In this document: piece after piece, positions 50,800-60,980 of the stretch
Position numbering within the stretch: position 1 is the stretch's first letter
Layout of the letters: each line of letters begins with the position of its first letter
Assembly (NCBI GenBank): GCA_021824155.1
Contig: JAKALN010000002.1
Span: forward strand, 15,775 to 79,774
DNA length: 64,000 nucleotides
DNA from: a bacterium
Lineage (GTDB): Bacteria; Patescibacteriota; Microgenomatia; Levybacterales; UBA12049
Reading direction: 5' to 3'
Position numbers and translations under genes: made by a program
Notes under the pieces: model-generated
The model's input: only the letters and a program-made list of their open reading frames with translations
Databases searched by the model: none
What the model was told of the DNA's origin: nothing

Positions 50800-50847
50800 T
50801 TGAATATCGACCCGGATTGGTATATAATTTAAGTTCGATTTATGAAC
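50800..50847 (+). promoter_or_regulatory. uvrA promoter with a candidate SOS operator immediately downstream
   Basis: A TTGAAT -35 box at 50800-50805 is followed by a 17-nt spacer and a TATAAT -10 box at 50823-50828. The palindrome GTTC-GATTTAT-GAAC lies at 50833-50847. A GCGAGG/CCTCGC hairpin sits in the leader at 50869-50887. Confidence 0.5.
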
Positions 50848-50920
50848 CCTATACATTCTTATTTTCTTGCGAGGTTTACATCCTCGCCTCGAAAGGGTGA
50901 ATCTACGGGGCAAGCAAACT

Positions 50921-53803
50921 ATGGATAAAATAATTATCAAGGGTGCAAGAGAGCACAATCTAAAAAATATCGATATAGAAATTCCCAAAAATAAGCTTGT
51001 TGTGTTTACAGGACTATCGGGAAGCGGGAAATCTTCATTGGCATTCGACACGATTTACGCCGAAGGACAAAGACGTTATGTTGAAAGCCTCTCTTCTTAT
51101 GCAAGGCAGTTCTTGGGTGTAATGAAAAAGCCCGATGTTGATTTAATAGAAGGGTTGTCTCCGGCGATTTCAATTGACCAGAAATCAACATCCCACAATC
51201 CAAGATCAACAGTGGGAACGGTAACAGAAATATATGATTATTTAAGGCTTTTATTTGCAAGAATAGGCCATCCTCATTGCCCTGTTTGCGGACGCGAAAT
51301 CTCGCATATGTCAAAAGAACAAATAACAAATTCGATAATGGAATTACCTCTAAGGCAAAACTCCCAAAAGTTGAAAGTATATATTTTATCCCCGATCGTA
51401 AAAGACAGGAAGGGAGAATATACGGAGTTGTTTTCCGATTTAAGAAAAAGAGGATATAAAAAGGTTAGGGTTGACGGAGAAATTTTTTCGTTAAACGAAG
51501 AATTTATCCTTATAAAAACAAACAGGCACACAATAGAAGCGGTAATCGACCAGGTAATTTTTGATAAAAAAACAGATAAAGGAAGAGTTTCCGCAGACGT
51601 TGAACAGGCGTTAAGGCTTGGCAACGGTGAGTTAATCCTATCCGTAATTAAAGACCCGGGTTTTGATATTCCCGAAAAACCGAAGAAAATGCATGACGAG
51701 TTATTCTCGGAAAAATTTGCATGCCCTATAGACGGAATTGCCTTACCGGAGATCGAACCGAGAATTTTTTCTTTTAATACCCCTCACGGCGCCTGTCCTG
51801 TTTGTAATGGCTTGGGGACAATTCTGACCGTAGATAGGGACTTAGTATTCAACGATAATCTGACTATAAATGAGGGGGGAATTCTTCCTTATTCGACAAC
51901 TTTTTCACACGATACCTGGTTTACAAGAACTTTTAGAACATTTGCAAGCGAAAACGGTATTCCTTTAACAACCCGCTTAGGACAAATTTCCGATTCGCAG
52001 AAGGAGCTGATTCTTAACGGTACAGGAGATAAAGAATACTACGTAGAGGGGGAAAACAGGTGGGGGAGAGAAACCGCAATACAGGAACCATTTAAGGGAA
52101 TTCTTTATGATTTAAAGCAGAAGTATCAATCTACGGAATCTATATTTATGAAGGCGCAAATCGAAAAGTTTATGAGATATGAAGTTTGCAGCGGTTGTAA
52201 CGGAGCAAGGCTAAAAAAAGAAGCATTATCAATAACGATAGACGGCAAATCTATAGTCGAGATTTCAGATATGCCAATATCGGCAGTTTTTAATTTTATA
52301 AAAAATATTGAATCGCAGTCTTCTTTACGGGAAAAGGAAATAGGACGAATAATAATAAAGGAAATAAAGCAAAGGTTATTGTTTTTAATCGATGTCGGAT
52401 TGGATTACCTTACGCTTTCACGGGGAGCGCAAACTCTTGCAGGAGGAGAGGCGCAAAGAATAAGGCTCGCATCTCAAATAGGGAGCGGGTTAACAGGGGT
52501 TTTATATGTTTTGGACGAACCTTCGATAGGATTACACCAAAGGGACAATAAAAAATTGATAGATACTCTTAAAAAGCTAAGGGACTTGGGAAACACCGTT
52601 TTGGTTGTAGAACACGACCAAGAAACAATGGAGGAATCGGACTATATAGTCGATTTTGGCCCGGGTGCGGGCGAAAAAGGAGGAAATATAATATCCCAGG
52701 GTTCTATAGACAAAATAAAAACCGACCCCAAATCTTTAACCGGAGAATATCTCTCCGGGAAGAAGAAAATAAAAATTTTAAATGCAACGGGGCAGAATAA
52801 CAGTAATAAATCCCTGACAATTATGGGCGCAACAGAGCATAACTTAAAAAATGTAACAATCTCATTTCCGCTAAATAAGTTTGTAGTTGTGACGGGAGTT
52901 TCCGGAAGCGGGAAATCAACATTGGTAAACGACATTCTTTATCACGCATTAATGCAGAAAAATAATCCTTTCCATAGGCAAAAACCCGGAAAATACAAGG
53001 ATATAAGCGGTTTTGAAAATATAAAAAACATATTTCTTATAGACCAGTCTCCTATAGGACGAACTCCAAGAAGTAATCCTGCAACCTATACGGGGGCATT
53101 TAATTACATAAGGGATATTTTTGCAAAAACTAAAGACGCGAAAATTAAAGGTTACGGACCGGGACGATTTTCATTTAATGTTAAAGGCGGAAGATGTGAG
53201 GCATGCCAGGGAGAAGGAAAAATAAAAATTGAAATGCAGTTTCTGCCCGACGTTTATGTTACATGCGAAGTATGTAACGGACTCCAGTACAATAGCGAGG
53301 CTTTAGAAATACTTCTTAACGGAAAAAACATCGCGGAAGTTTTGGCAATGAGCGTTTCAGAGGCTCTGGGTTTTTTCTCATTTGTACCGGGACTTTCGCA
53401 TAAACTGCAGACATTAAATGATGTCGGCCTGTCTTATATAAAACTTGGCCAGCCAGCTCCTACCCTATCCGGTGGGGAAGCCCAAAGGGTAAAACTGGCG
53501 GCAGAATTGTCTAAGCGGGGTTCAAACTCGTTATATCTCTTAGATGAACCGACAACAGGGTTACATTTTGCGGACCTTGAAAAATTATTAAGCGTTTTAA
53601 GGAAACTTGTTGATTTGGGGAATACCGTAATAGTAATAGAACATAATTTAGATGTTATTAAAAACGCTGACCATATAATTGATTTGGGCCCCGAAGGAGG
53701 GGAAAAAGGCGGCCAGATAGTGGCAACGGGTACACCATGGGAAATAGTTAAAACACCCGCTTCGTACACAGGACAATTCTTAAAAAAAGTTTTAGACCGC
53801 TAA
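50921..53803 (+). CDS. uvrA: Excinuclease ABC subunit A
   Basis: '[64 protein letters not shown]' opens the protein. Two ABC modules and zinc-finger Cys clusters are present. The ORF track's N-terminal extension from 50867 is rejected. Confidence 0.95.
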   Translation: MDKIIIKGAREHNLKNIDIEIPKNKLVVFTGLSGSGKSSLAFDTIYAEGQRRYVESLSSYARQFLGVMKKPDVDLIEGLSPAISIDQKSTSHNPRSTVGTVTEIYDYLRLLFARIGHPHCPVCGREISHMSKEQITNSIMELPLRQNSQKLKVYILSPIVKDRKGEYTELFSDLRKRGYKKVRVDGEIFSLNEEFILIKTNRHTIEAVIDQVIFDKKTDKGRVSADVEQALRLGNGELILSVIKDPGFDIPEKPKKMHDELFSEKFACPIDGIALPEIEPRIFSFNTPHGACPVCNGLGTILTVDRDLVFNDNLTINEGGILPYSTTFSHDTWFTRTFRTFASENGIPLTTRLGQISDSQKELILNGTGDKEYYVEGENRWGRETAIQEPFKGILYDLKQKYQSTESIFMKAQIEKFMRYEVCSGCNGARLKKEALSITIDGKSIVEISDMPISAVFNFIKNIESQSSLREKEIGRIIIKEIKQRLLFLIDVGLDYLTLSRGAQTLAGGEAQRIRLASQIGSGLTGVLYVLDEPSIGLHQRDNKKLIDTLKKLRDLGNTVLVVEHDQETMEESDYIVDFGPGAGEKGGNIISQGSIDKIKTDPKSLTGEYLSGKKKIKILNATGQNNSNKSLTIMGATEHNLKNVTISFPLNKFVVVTGVSGSGKSTLVNDILYHALMQKNNPFHRQKPGKYKDISGFENIKNIFLIDQSPIGRTPRSNPATYTGAFNYIRDIFAKTKDAKIKGYGPGRFSFNVKGGRCEACQGEGKIKIEMQFLPDVYVTCEVCNGLQYNSEALEILLNGKNIAEVLAMSVSEALGFFSFVPGLSHKLQTLNDVGLSYIKLGQPAPTLSGGEAQRVKLAAELSKRGSNSLYLLDEPTTGLHFADLEKLLSVLRKLVDLGNTVIVIEHNLDVIKNADHIIDLGPEGGEKGGQIVATGTPWEIVKTPASYTGQFLKKVLDR

Positions 53804-53841
53804 TCTATTTTTTAATAAACCGATATTGTATACTGGTTTAA

Positions 53842-55680
53842 ATGAAAAGATTTATATTCTTTTTATTATTTTTTTTATCATTAACATTATTTTTTACTAA
53901 AAGTGTATTTGCGTCTTCAAATTTTTCTACAGATTACAATGTAATTTATACGGTCGGTAAAAATTCCGTAACGCACGTAAATTTAAATATAATTGTAACA
54001 AACTTATCATCTCAATATTATACCCCCTCTTATGAAATCCAATCAGGGTTTAAAAACATTACTAATTTAAAAGCGTCGGACGAAAACGGAGAACTTTCCC
54101 CAAATATAACTGCCAACGATAAAGGGACCAGTATCCAAGTAAGTTTTAACCAAAGAGTTGTGGGAATTGGAAATAAGCACAATTTGAATATTTCTTTTGA
54201 CACGGATGAGGTTGCCGAAAACCTTAACCACGTTTGGGAAATAAATGTGCCAGGGCTTTCCGAAAAGAGCGACTTTTCCAGTTTTAATGCTACCGTGGTT
54301 TATCCAAGTGAACTAGGCAAACCCTCTTACATAAAACCTGCAGTTTATACCCAGAACTATTCCGGAAACCGGTTAACCTTTAATAAAGACCAGCTGGGAA
54401 CATCCGGAATTTCAATAACATTCGGGTCCTATCAGATTTATTCTTTTGATTTAATTTATCATTTGGAAAATACAAATTTATTTCCCGTAAAAACGGAGAT
54501 AGCACTTCCTCCGTCAACAAATTATCAGGATGTAATAATAGACAGTATCGGGCCTAAGCCTACAAATGTAATTACAGATGCAGACGGTAATTGGCTTGCG
54601 CAGTATTTTCTTTCCCCATCACAGAGGATAAATGTTGAGGTAAAAGGAAAAGCAAAAATATACCTTGTTCCAAAAACAGAGCCTTTATCAAGCTCGGAAA
54701 TCTCCAACTATATAAAACCTCAACCTTATTGGGAAAGCAATAACTCTAAGATAAAATCACTTGCAAAGGAGCTGAAAACTCCCGATGCAATATATAATTA
54801 TGTTGTAACACATTTAAATTATGATTTTTCGCGGGTTTCTACAAATGAACCAAGATTAGGAGCTGTAGGGGTCTTGAACTCGCCGGGTTCTGCTGTATGT
54901 CTTGAATTTACAGACCTTTTTATCGCCATTTCCAGGGCGGCAGGAATACCTGCAAGAGAGATAGACGGCTTTGCATACACTAAGAATACGCAGCAGAGGC
55001 CGCTTTCGCTGGTTTCGGATATTTTGCACGCGTGGCCCCAATATTATGATTTTGGAAAAAAGGAATGGATATCGGTTGATCCGACTTGGGGAAATACAAC
55101 AGGAGGAGTGGACTATTTCAACGTTTTGGACTTTGACCATTTTGCATTTGTTGTTAAAGGGTTAAACAGCAGCTATCCGGTACCTGCGGGAGGGTATAAG
55201 TTTTCCCGGGATAAAAATTCAAAAGATGTAAATGTTGATATAGGTGATAGTTTTTCCCCGACAATTAGCACAGCCCCCGATATAACAATACAAAATCCTG
55301 TTTTTGCGGGGTTTCCCGCAGACGTTTTAATTAACATAAAAAATACAGGTAATTCCCCTGCGGCTTCTAATAGTTTTCTGGTTACGACAGGTTTTTTAAA
55401 GCCATCCTCACAGACGGTATATTTCCAAAAAATTCCCCCTTTCGGTTTTGTGTCAATTCCAATAAGGTTTGAGCCAACTCCATTTTTGACAAATCAAACC
55501 GACATGGTTAAAATTACACTTGGAAATACAACGTACTCACAAAATATTAGGATTTTGCCCATATTTCTATACAAAGGGTTACTTGTGTTTGGAGGTGCTA
55601 TCTTAGTTGTTATCTGCATTATCTTATCAATCATTATCTACAGGTCCAGGCGTATATCTTTTCCTCAACCGGGAAAGTGA
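53842..55680 (+). CDS. Secreted, membrane-anchored transglutaminase-like domain protein
   Basis: It has a signal peptide. The transglutaminase core has Cys in 'GSAVCLEFTDLFIAISRAAGIPAR', and His/Asp in 'LHAWPQYYDF...WISVDPT'. It ends with a C-terminal TM helix and basic tail. Confidence 0.75.
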   Translation: MKRFIFFLLFFLSLTLFFTKSVFASSNFSTDYNVIYTVGKNSVTHVNLNIIVTNLSSQYYTPSYEIQSGFKNITNLKASDENGELSPNITANDKGTSIQVSFNQRVVGIGNKHNLNISFDTDEVAENLNHVWEINVPGLSEKSDFSSFNATVVYPSELGKPSYIKPAVYTQNYSGNRLTFNKDQLGTSGISITFGSYQIYSFDLIYHLENTNLFPVKTEIALPPSTNYQDVIIDSIGPKPTNVITDADGNWLAQYFLSPSQRINVEVKGKAKIYLVPKTEPLSSSEISNYIKPQPYWESNNSKIKSLAKELKTPDAIYNYVVTHLNYDFSRVSTNEPRLGAVGVLNSPGSAVCLEFTDLFIAISRAAGIPAREIDGFAYTKNTQQRPLSLVSDILHAWPQYYDFGKKEWISVDPTWGNTTGGVDYFNVLDFDHFAFVVKGLNSSYPVPAGGYKFSRDKNSKDVNVDIGDSFSPTISTAPDITIQNPVFAGFPADVLINIKNTGNSPAASNSFLVTTGFLKPSSQTVYFQKIPPFGFVSIPIRFEPTPFLTNQTDMVKITLGNTTYSQNIRILPIFLYKGLLVFGGAILVVICIILSIIIYRSRRISFPQPGK

Positions 55681-56878
55681 AGTTATATATGTCGGGAAGG
55701 CAATAAACCTCAGAAAAAGGGTTTCTTCTTATTTTGCAAACAGGAAAAACCTGGGTGAAAAAACAAAAAATCTTGTCTCGCAGGTTGTAAGCATAAAAAC
55801 CATAAAGGTAGAATCGGAAATCGAATCCCTACTTTTAGAAGCTAATTTAATAAAAAGATACAACCCTAAATACAATATAAAGCTAACCGACGGAAAAGCT
55901 TACCCTCTAATTAGGATTACTATAAAAGACAAATATCCTAAAATTCTCGTGGCCAGGCGCTCTGACGATGGCAATTCCCTGTATTTTGGCCCTTTCCCGA
56001 ATGCAGGAGCAATGAGGCTTGTTTTAAAAACCATAAGAAGAATATTCCCATTTCAATCTGTTTTAAACCATCCAAATAAGCCTTGTTTTTATTACCATAT
56101 AGGGCTTTGTCCCTGTCCTTCGGTTTTCAATGATAAAAATTATAAAAAATCAATAAAACATATTGTTAAATTTTTAGAAGGTAAAACAAAAAATGTAATC
56201 GGCGATTTAGAAACAGAAAGGGACAGTTACAGTAAAAATCAGGAATTTGAAGAAGCCGGGGAAGCCCAAAAAAAGATAGAGGCTATAAAACTCATTACAA
56301 GTAAATTTTATAAGCCGGTTGAATATGAATCAAATCCTAATCTAAGAGAAGACATTAGAAGCGAAGAACTGGCCGGACTTAAAAAGGAATTGAATAACAG
56401 CGGTGTTAATGTTTCACAGCTTTCAAGAATCGAATGCTACGATATATCAAATACTTCAGGGAAAAATGCGACTGCATCTATGATAGTTTTTAAAAACGGA
56501 GAGAAGGATTCTTCCTCTTACAGAAGGTTTAAAATACGGGGGATATACAACGGAAAGCCAAATGATTTTGCAATGATGGAAGAGGTTATCAAACGAAGGT
56601 TAAAACATTACGAATGGCAAACACCGGACTTAATTGTTGTGGACGGGGGAAAGGGACAGATTTCCTCGGCGCTGAAAGCACTAACCGGTGCCGGAAGAAA
56701 TATACCTTTGGTAGGGCTTGCTAAAAAAGAGGAAATAATAATTACCCCGGATTTTAAGGAAATAAAACTTCCCAGTGACTCAAAACAGCTTCATTTAGTT
56801 ATGAGGATAAGAGATGAGGCACATAGATTTGCTATAACTTACCATAAAAAACTAAGATCGAAGTCTGTTTATATTTGA
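55607..56878 (+). CDS. uvrC: Excinuclease ABC subunit C, short form lacking the C-terminal HhH region
   Basis: The GIY-YIG domain is 'PGVYLFLNRESEVIYVGKAINLRKRVSSYF'. The UvrB-interaction motif is 'EFEEAGEAQKKIEAI'. An RNase-H-like endonuclease region with 'ECYDISNTSG' is present. It starts with TTG and overlaps the upstream gene by 74 nt. Confidence 0.8.
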   Translation: MLSALSYQSLSTGPGVYLFLNRESEVIYVGKAINLRKRVSSYFANRKNLGEKTKNLVSQVVSIKTIKVESEIESLLLEANLIKRYNPKYNIKLTDGKAYPLIRITIKDKYPKILVARRSDDGNSLYFGPFPNAGAMRLVLKTIRRIFPFQSVLNHPNKPCFYYHIGLCPCPSVFNDKNYKKSIKHIVKFLEGKTKNVIGDLETERDSYSKNQEFEEAGEAQKKIEAIKLITSKFYKPVEYESNPNLREDIRSEELAGLKKELNNSGVNVSQLSRIECYDISNTSGKNATASMIVFKNGEKDSSSYRRFKIRGIYNGKPNDFAMMEEVIKRRLKHYEWQTPDLIVVDGGKGQISSALKALTGAGRNIPLVGLAKKEEIIITPDFKEIKLPSDSKQLHLVMRIRDEAHRFAITYHKKLRSKSVYI

Positions 56879-58236
56879 GCTGAATTCCTTTTTACCGTAT
56901 AAGAGTAGGGAAAATATAGAAAAGTTGCAGGAGCGTCATCTAAAAGGTATTTCTGAAAATCACTGTAAATTTGTATTCTGGACTGTAAATCTTCTGTTTG
57001 CCTTCCGTCTTCCAGAAGTTTGTCAATCCTTAAATTTTTGTAATTTGTGATGTTATTCATTTGTCCCGAATGCCAAAGGGTATATTGGTCGGGGTCTTTG
57101 GGAAGTCTGAATTCGCCAAGGAAAGCCTGAAAATTTGACGGCAAAGAATTTACAACTACGATTTTCGTATTTACTCCAATGTGCTTCCACGATTTAGATA
57201 ATTCATTGGCAACTCCCTGATATTGCGGGAGGGTTTGCAGTGTTATATTTATTTCCGCGCTTTGCGATGCTGTTTGGGACTGGGAAAGCAGTAATTTTGC
57301 GTGCGCGTAATCTTTTTGGTTGCTTGAAACCTGATACGACCACATATTCGGAGAAAACGGCCCATAATTTCTTTTTCCCTCTATAAAATTGTCGGGCGTT
57401 GCATAAGTAAGCGCTTCCCTTAGTCTTTTGTCGGATAAAACTTTATCCTGAGTGTTATAGAATAAAGTTACCAAATGCTGGTAGTCAATTGACTTTTCCG
57501 TTACGGCGTTTACAAAAGAATTAAACGTTGTGTTTTCAAAGTTTGCGTCATTTAAACCTAATACTTTGTCAACTTCCCCCAGTGCAAAAGCATTTTTTAA
57601 TGCATCTTGCGTAGGATAAAACTGGTAGGTAAGCGTGCTGTTTTTTATTTTAGTTGAGGCTAGTGTTATGGAATTTAAGAAGTCACCGTTTAAATCGAGC
57701 GACTCAACTTTATAGTCTCCAACACCTATCATTCCGTCTTTAAATATAGGTTCGGAAACAGTCACTAAAAAAGGCGAATAGGTCTCTTTTAACTTAAATA
57801 TTATTGTATATTTATCCGGCCTTTGTACGCTTACGTCTATAAAGTTATATCGGATTGAATCGGACGTAAGGTTATTTCCGTCCGTAAAATAAATATTATG
57901 CTTAAGGTTAAATATATAGGTTTTGCCATTGTCTTTAATACTCCAGCTTTTTGCTACGTCCGGTATAGGTTCGCTGTTTGAAGAAATTTGAGTCAAACCA
58001 TGCGAAAGGTTATCGATTACTTCCGGCGGGAGATTATCGGTAGTATAATCTCCGACGATTCCGATTACTTCATGTTGGTTAAAAGGAAGTCCGGGAACTA
58101 TTACGCCCCAACCGAAATATATTGCAAAAAATACCAGGAGGCCAAAAATAAATGAAGCAAAAATAGTTTTTCTCCATTTTTTGAAATAAGCCTTAATGAG
58201 CCAGAATATTAGTCTTCTTCTCCTTAGTAAAATCAT
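56869..58236 (-). CDS. ABC transporter substrate-binding protein, family 5 (peptide/nickel type), membrane-anchored
   Basis: It has an N-terminal TM helix. 'WSIKDNGKTYIFNLKHNIYFTDGNNLTSD' and 'DPDQYTLWHSGQ...YKNLRIDKLLEDGR' are typical SBP_bac_5 blocks. Confidence 0.55.
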   Translation of the reverse strand: MILLRRRRLIFWLIKAYFKKWRKTIFASFIFGLLVFFAIYFGWGVIVPGLPFNQHEVIGIVGDYTTDNLPPEVIDNLSHGLTQISSNSEPIPDVAKSWSIKDNGKTYIFNLKHNIYFTDGNNLTSDSIRYNFIDVSVQRPDKYTIIFKLKETYSPFLVTVSEPIFKDGMIGVGDYKVESLDLNGDFLNSITLASTKIKNSTLTYQFYPTQDALKNAFALGEVDKVLGLNDANFENTTFNSFVNAVTEKSIDYQHLVTLFYNTQDKVLSDKRLREALTYATPDNFIEGKRNYGPFSPNMWSYQVSSNQKDYAHAKLLLSQSQTASQSAEINITLQTLPQYQGVANELSKSWKHIGVNTKIVVVNSLPSNFQAFLGEFRLPKDPDQYTLWHSGQMNNITNYKNLRIDKLLEDGRQTEDLQSRIQIYSDFQKYLLDDAPATFLYFPYSYTVKRNSAQI

Positions 58237-58242
58237 ATTTTG

Positions 58243-58455
58243 CTAGTGGATTACCAGAAGTACGATTGATAAAAGGCCGAAAAGAATTGCCAAGCCGATT
58301 GTGGCCCAAACCAACATTTTTTCCACGCTTCTTTTGCTTCTATAAAATTCTCCGCTTCCGCCAAACGCTCCAGATATTCCGCTGCCCTGCATTTGTAAAA
58401 GAATAACCGCTATTAATAAAGCACCCACGATAATTTCGAGTATCTTAAAAATCAT
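58243..58455 (-). CDS. secG: Preprotein translocase subunit SecG
   Basis: It is 70 aa with two TM helices. The 'LLQMQGSGISGAFGGSGEFY' Gly-rich loop is present. Confidence 0.8.
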   Translation of the reverse strand: MIFKILEIIVGALLIAVILLQMQGSGISGAFGGSGEFYRSKRSVEKMLVWATIGLAILFGLLSIVLLVIH

Positions 58456-58464
58456 TAGTACTAA

Positions 58465-59439
58465 TTATATATTTTCCATGATGGCTTTTGCAAGCTTATC
58501 AGAGTCGTGATAAATTGGGAAATCTTTGTTTATAACATCTTTTAATATTATTTTAGGGTTATGTTGTTTGTTTATGGCCAATGTCCCGATTTCAATATAT
58601 TTATATCTTTTATATTTACGGGGTATTTTAATTGACGTATTGCTATTTTTAATTATTGTGTCAAAGGGAAAAACATCAAGATGCTCTCTCATTGCGGATA
58701 AAAAATCTTCCAGTGAGAAATCTTTCGTTTCAAACGGTTTGTTAGCAATATTAAGTATAAATATTTTTCTGCATTGTCTCTCCAGCAAAGCTTTTCTTAT
58801 CCGGGGAATAATTAGTACCGGGAGCTGATTTGTATAAAAATCCCCGGGACCGCTAATAATTACATCTGCATGAAGAAGGTTATCAATTACTTTTTGGTTA
58901 ACTTTCGGATTTTTCGGAGTTATGTATATTTTTCTTAATCCATAGGGCTCGGCATATCTTACTAAATCGAGCGCAGTTTCCCCGTGTACACGCCTGCCGT
59001 CTTTAGTGACCGCGCTTAAATGAACCCTATCGTCTGATGCAGGGAAAATATCGGCTTTAACTCCAAACATCCTTTTTGTCACCTCAAGGGCCTTGTAAAT
59101 ATCCTTGGTCCTAAGAAATTCCGCGAGCATGATGATATTACCAAGTTTATGGCCGTCTATTGCTTTGTTTTCGCGGCTTAAACCGGGAAACCTATAGGTA
59201 AGAAGTGATGCCAAGTCTTCGTTTTGGACAAGAGCCGCAATGCAGGAAATTAAATCTCCCGGAGGCATTATGTTATATGCTTTCCGGAGTCTCCCGGACG
59301 AACCTCCGTCATCGGCCATTGAAGTTACCACCGTTATATTTGAAGTATATTTTTTCAGGCCGTGGATAAGTACACTTGTTCCGATTCCTCCTCCAAGACA
59401 AACTATCTTAAGGTCTCTTTTTATTTTTTCATTAGCCAT
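58465..59439 (-). CDS. yvcK: YvcK/CofD-like (UPF0052) gluconeogenesis factor family protein
   Basis: 'KIVCLGGGIGTSVLIHGLKKYTSNITVVTSMADDGGSSGRLRKAYNIMPPGDL' is the YvcK signature. Confidence 0.88.
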   Translation of the reverse strand: MANEKIKRDLKIVCLGGGIGTSVLIHGLKKYTSNITVVTSMADDGGSSGRLRKAYNIMPPGDLISCIAALVQNEDLASLLTYRFPGLSRENKAIDGHKLGNIIMLAEFLRTKDIYKALEVTKRMFGVKADIFPASDDRVHLSAVTKDGRRVHGETALDLVRYAEPYGLRKIYITPKNPKVNQKVIDNLLHADVIISGPGDFYTNQLPVLIIPRIRKALLERQCRKIFILNIANKPFETKDFSLEDFLSAMREHLDVFPFDTIIKNSNTSIKIPRKYKRYKYIEIGTLAINKQHNPKIILKDVINKDFPIYHDSDKLAKAIMENI

Positions 59440-59825
59440 GATATGAAAGTAACTATTACGGATTGGAGCAGGGCAATCAGGATAAATGCAAACAATGTAT
59501 TAAAGAATATTTTAGGTATTATAAATCCCGCAAAAGAATATCCGTTAAACAGGAATGCGGATATTGAAATACCGGGAACAAATACGGTAAGAAGATAAAA
59601 AATAATTGCATTGGTTAAAAATGAAAAAAGCCCCATTGTTACAAGGTTAAGCGGCAAAGATATTATGTTTAAGATGGGTTTCACAAGCATAAAAAGAAGG
59701 GAAAGCGCAATTCCTCCGGCGATAACTGTAATAAGCCCCCCGGAAATTTTTAGGGCCGGAACGTACTGTGCAAGAAGAAAAATAGATAAGGAATTTACAA
59801 AAATACTCCTTATAAAAGACTTCAT
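59421..59825 (-). CDS. DUF360/Phage_holin_4_2 (YvlD-like) small membrane protein
   Basis: It is 134 aa with four predicted TM helices. It has 'LITVIAGGIALSLLFMLVKPIL...LVTMGLFSFLTNAIIFYLLTVFVPGISI'. Confidence 0.65.
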   Translation of the reverse strand: MKSFIRSIFVNSLSIFLLAQYVPALKISGGLITVIAGGIALSLLFMLVKPILNIISLPLNLVTMGLFSFLTNAIIFYLLTVFVPGISISAFLFNGYSFAGFIIPKIFFNTLFAFILIALLQSVIVTFISWLMKK

Positions 59826-59897
59826 ATTTGTATATAAATGCTATCAGATATAGATTTGTCTTGCAATATATTCTCCTCAGAGGTATATTATTGGAAT

Positions 59898-60980
59898 ATG
59901 AACGACATCACATGCCCATTTTGCAAAAAAAAATTCGAGCTTTCGGATGCACTAAGACATCAGATTGAAGAAGCAGTTTCAAAAAAACAACAGGAAGAAT
60001 ACGAAGAAAAACTTGAAAAAATTAAAATTGATGTTGCAAGGTCAACGGAGAGAAAAATAAAAGACGAGTCATTGAAAGAACTGGAAAAAGCTAATAAAGA
60101 AAAACAGTTACTCGAAGAAAAACTTCTAAAAGAGCAAAAAGATAGGGATGAGTTCGAGAAATTAACAGCGGAAAAAGCCGCAAGAGAATCAGCAAAAGCA
60201 TCCAGATTGGAAAAACTGGAATACGAGAAGAAAATAAGCGATATGCAAAAATCCCTTGAAGAAGCGCAGAGAAAAGCAAAGCAGGGCTCCCAGCAGCTAC
60301 AGGGGGAAGTACTGGAGCTCGATTTGGAAAATAAACTGAAAATCGCTTTTCCTACGGATGAGTTTGTTCCCGTTCCAAAAGGCGTCGAGGGAGGAGATAT
60401 TTGGCAAAAGGTTAAATTCCAGGGAAGCATAGTAGGATCAATACTTTGGGAAACAAAAAGGACTAAGCAATGGAGTAATTTGTGGCTTAATAAGCTAAAA
60501 GACGATGCGGCGCGAATTAGCGCCAGCGAGTCAATAATTGTTTCGCAAATTTTACCCCAAGACTCACAAAGTTTTGACAGAAAAGACGGCGTATGGATTA
60601 CAACTTACGAGCACGCGACAAATATTGCAAGGTATATCCGGTTTTTAATCACCTCTTTATCAAAAGTTAAATCTTCGGCATCGCAAACGGATGAAGAGTG
60701 GACAAAGGTTAGGGATTATATGTTAAGCGATGCTTTTAAGCATAGAATGCAGGCCCATTTCGACGCGGTAAAAGTGCTTAGAGATGTTTTGGAAACGGAA
60801 AAAAGGACTTCAACTTTAAGGTGGAAAAGGCAGCAGGCGCAAATTGATAAACTTGATTCAAATACTTTAAATTTATATGCGGAACTTAAAGAGATAGTGT
60901 CGAAGCTCCCCGAGCTTGAGGAATTAGAAGTTCCGCTCCTTGAAGAAGGTGACAAAGATGACCAAGAGTCCCTCTTATAA
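59898..60980 (+). CDS. DUF2130 family protein (zinc ribbon plus long coiled coil plus conserved C-terminal domain)
   Basis: It starts at 'MNDITCPFCKKKFELSDALRHQ'. A lysine/glutamate-rich coiled coil covers about 130 aa. The C-terminal 'FVPVPKGVEGGDIWQKV...ILWETKRTKQWSNLWLNKLKDD' region follows. Confidence 0.6.
   Translation: MNDITCPFCKKKFELSDALRHQIEEAVSKKQQEEYEEKLEKIKIDVARSTERKIKDESLKELEKANKEKQLLEEKLLKEQKDRDEFEKLTAEKAARESAKASRLEKLEYEKKISDMQKSLEEAQRKAKQGSQQLQGEVLELDLENKLKIAFPTDEFVPVPKGVEGGDIWQKVKFQGSIVGSILWETKRTKQWSNLWLNKLKDDAARISASESIIVSQILPQDSQSFDRKDGVWITTYEHATNIARYIRFLITSLSKVKSSASQTDEEWTKVRDYMLSDAFKHRMQAHFDAVKVLRDVLETEKRTSTLRWKRQQAQIDKLDSNTLNLYAELKEIVSKLPELEELEVPLLEEGDKDDQESLL

Noticed and set aside
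50867-50920. An 18-codon N-terminal extension of uvrA, as in the ORF track
   Set aside because: The conserved UvrA N-terminus starts at MDKIIIKG (50921). The extension overlaps the promoter-proximal leader hairpin and has no homology.
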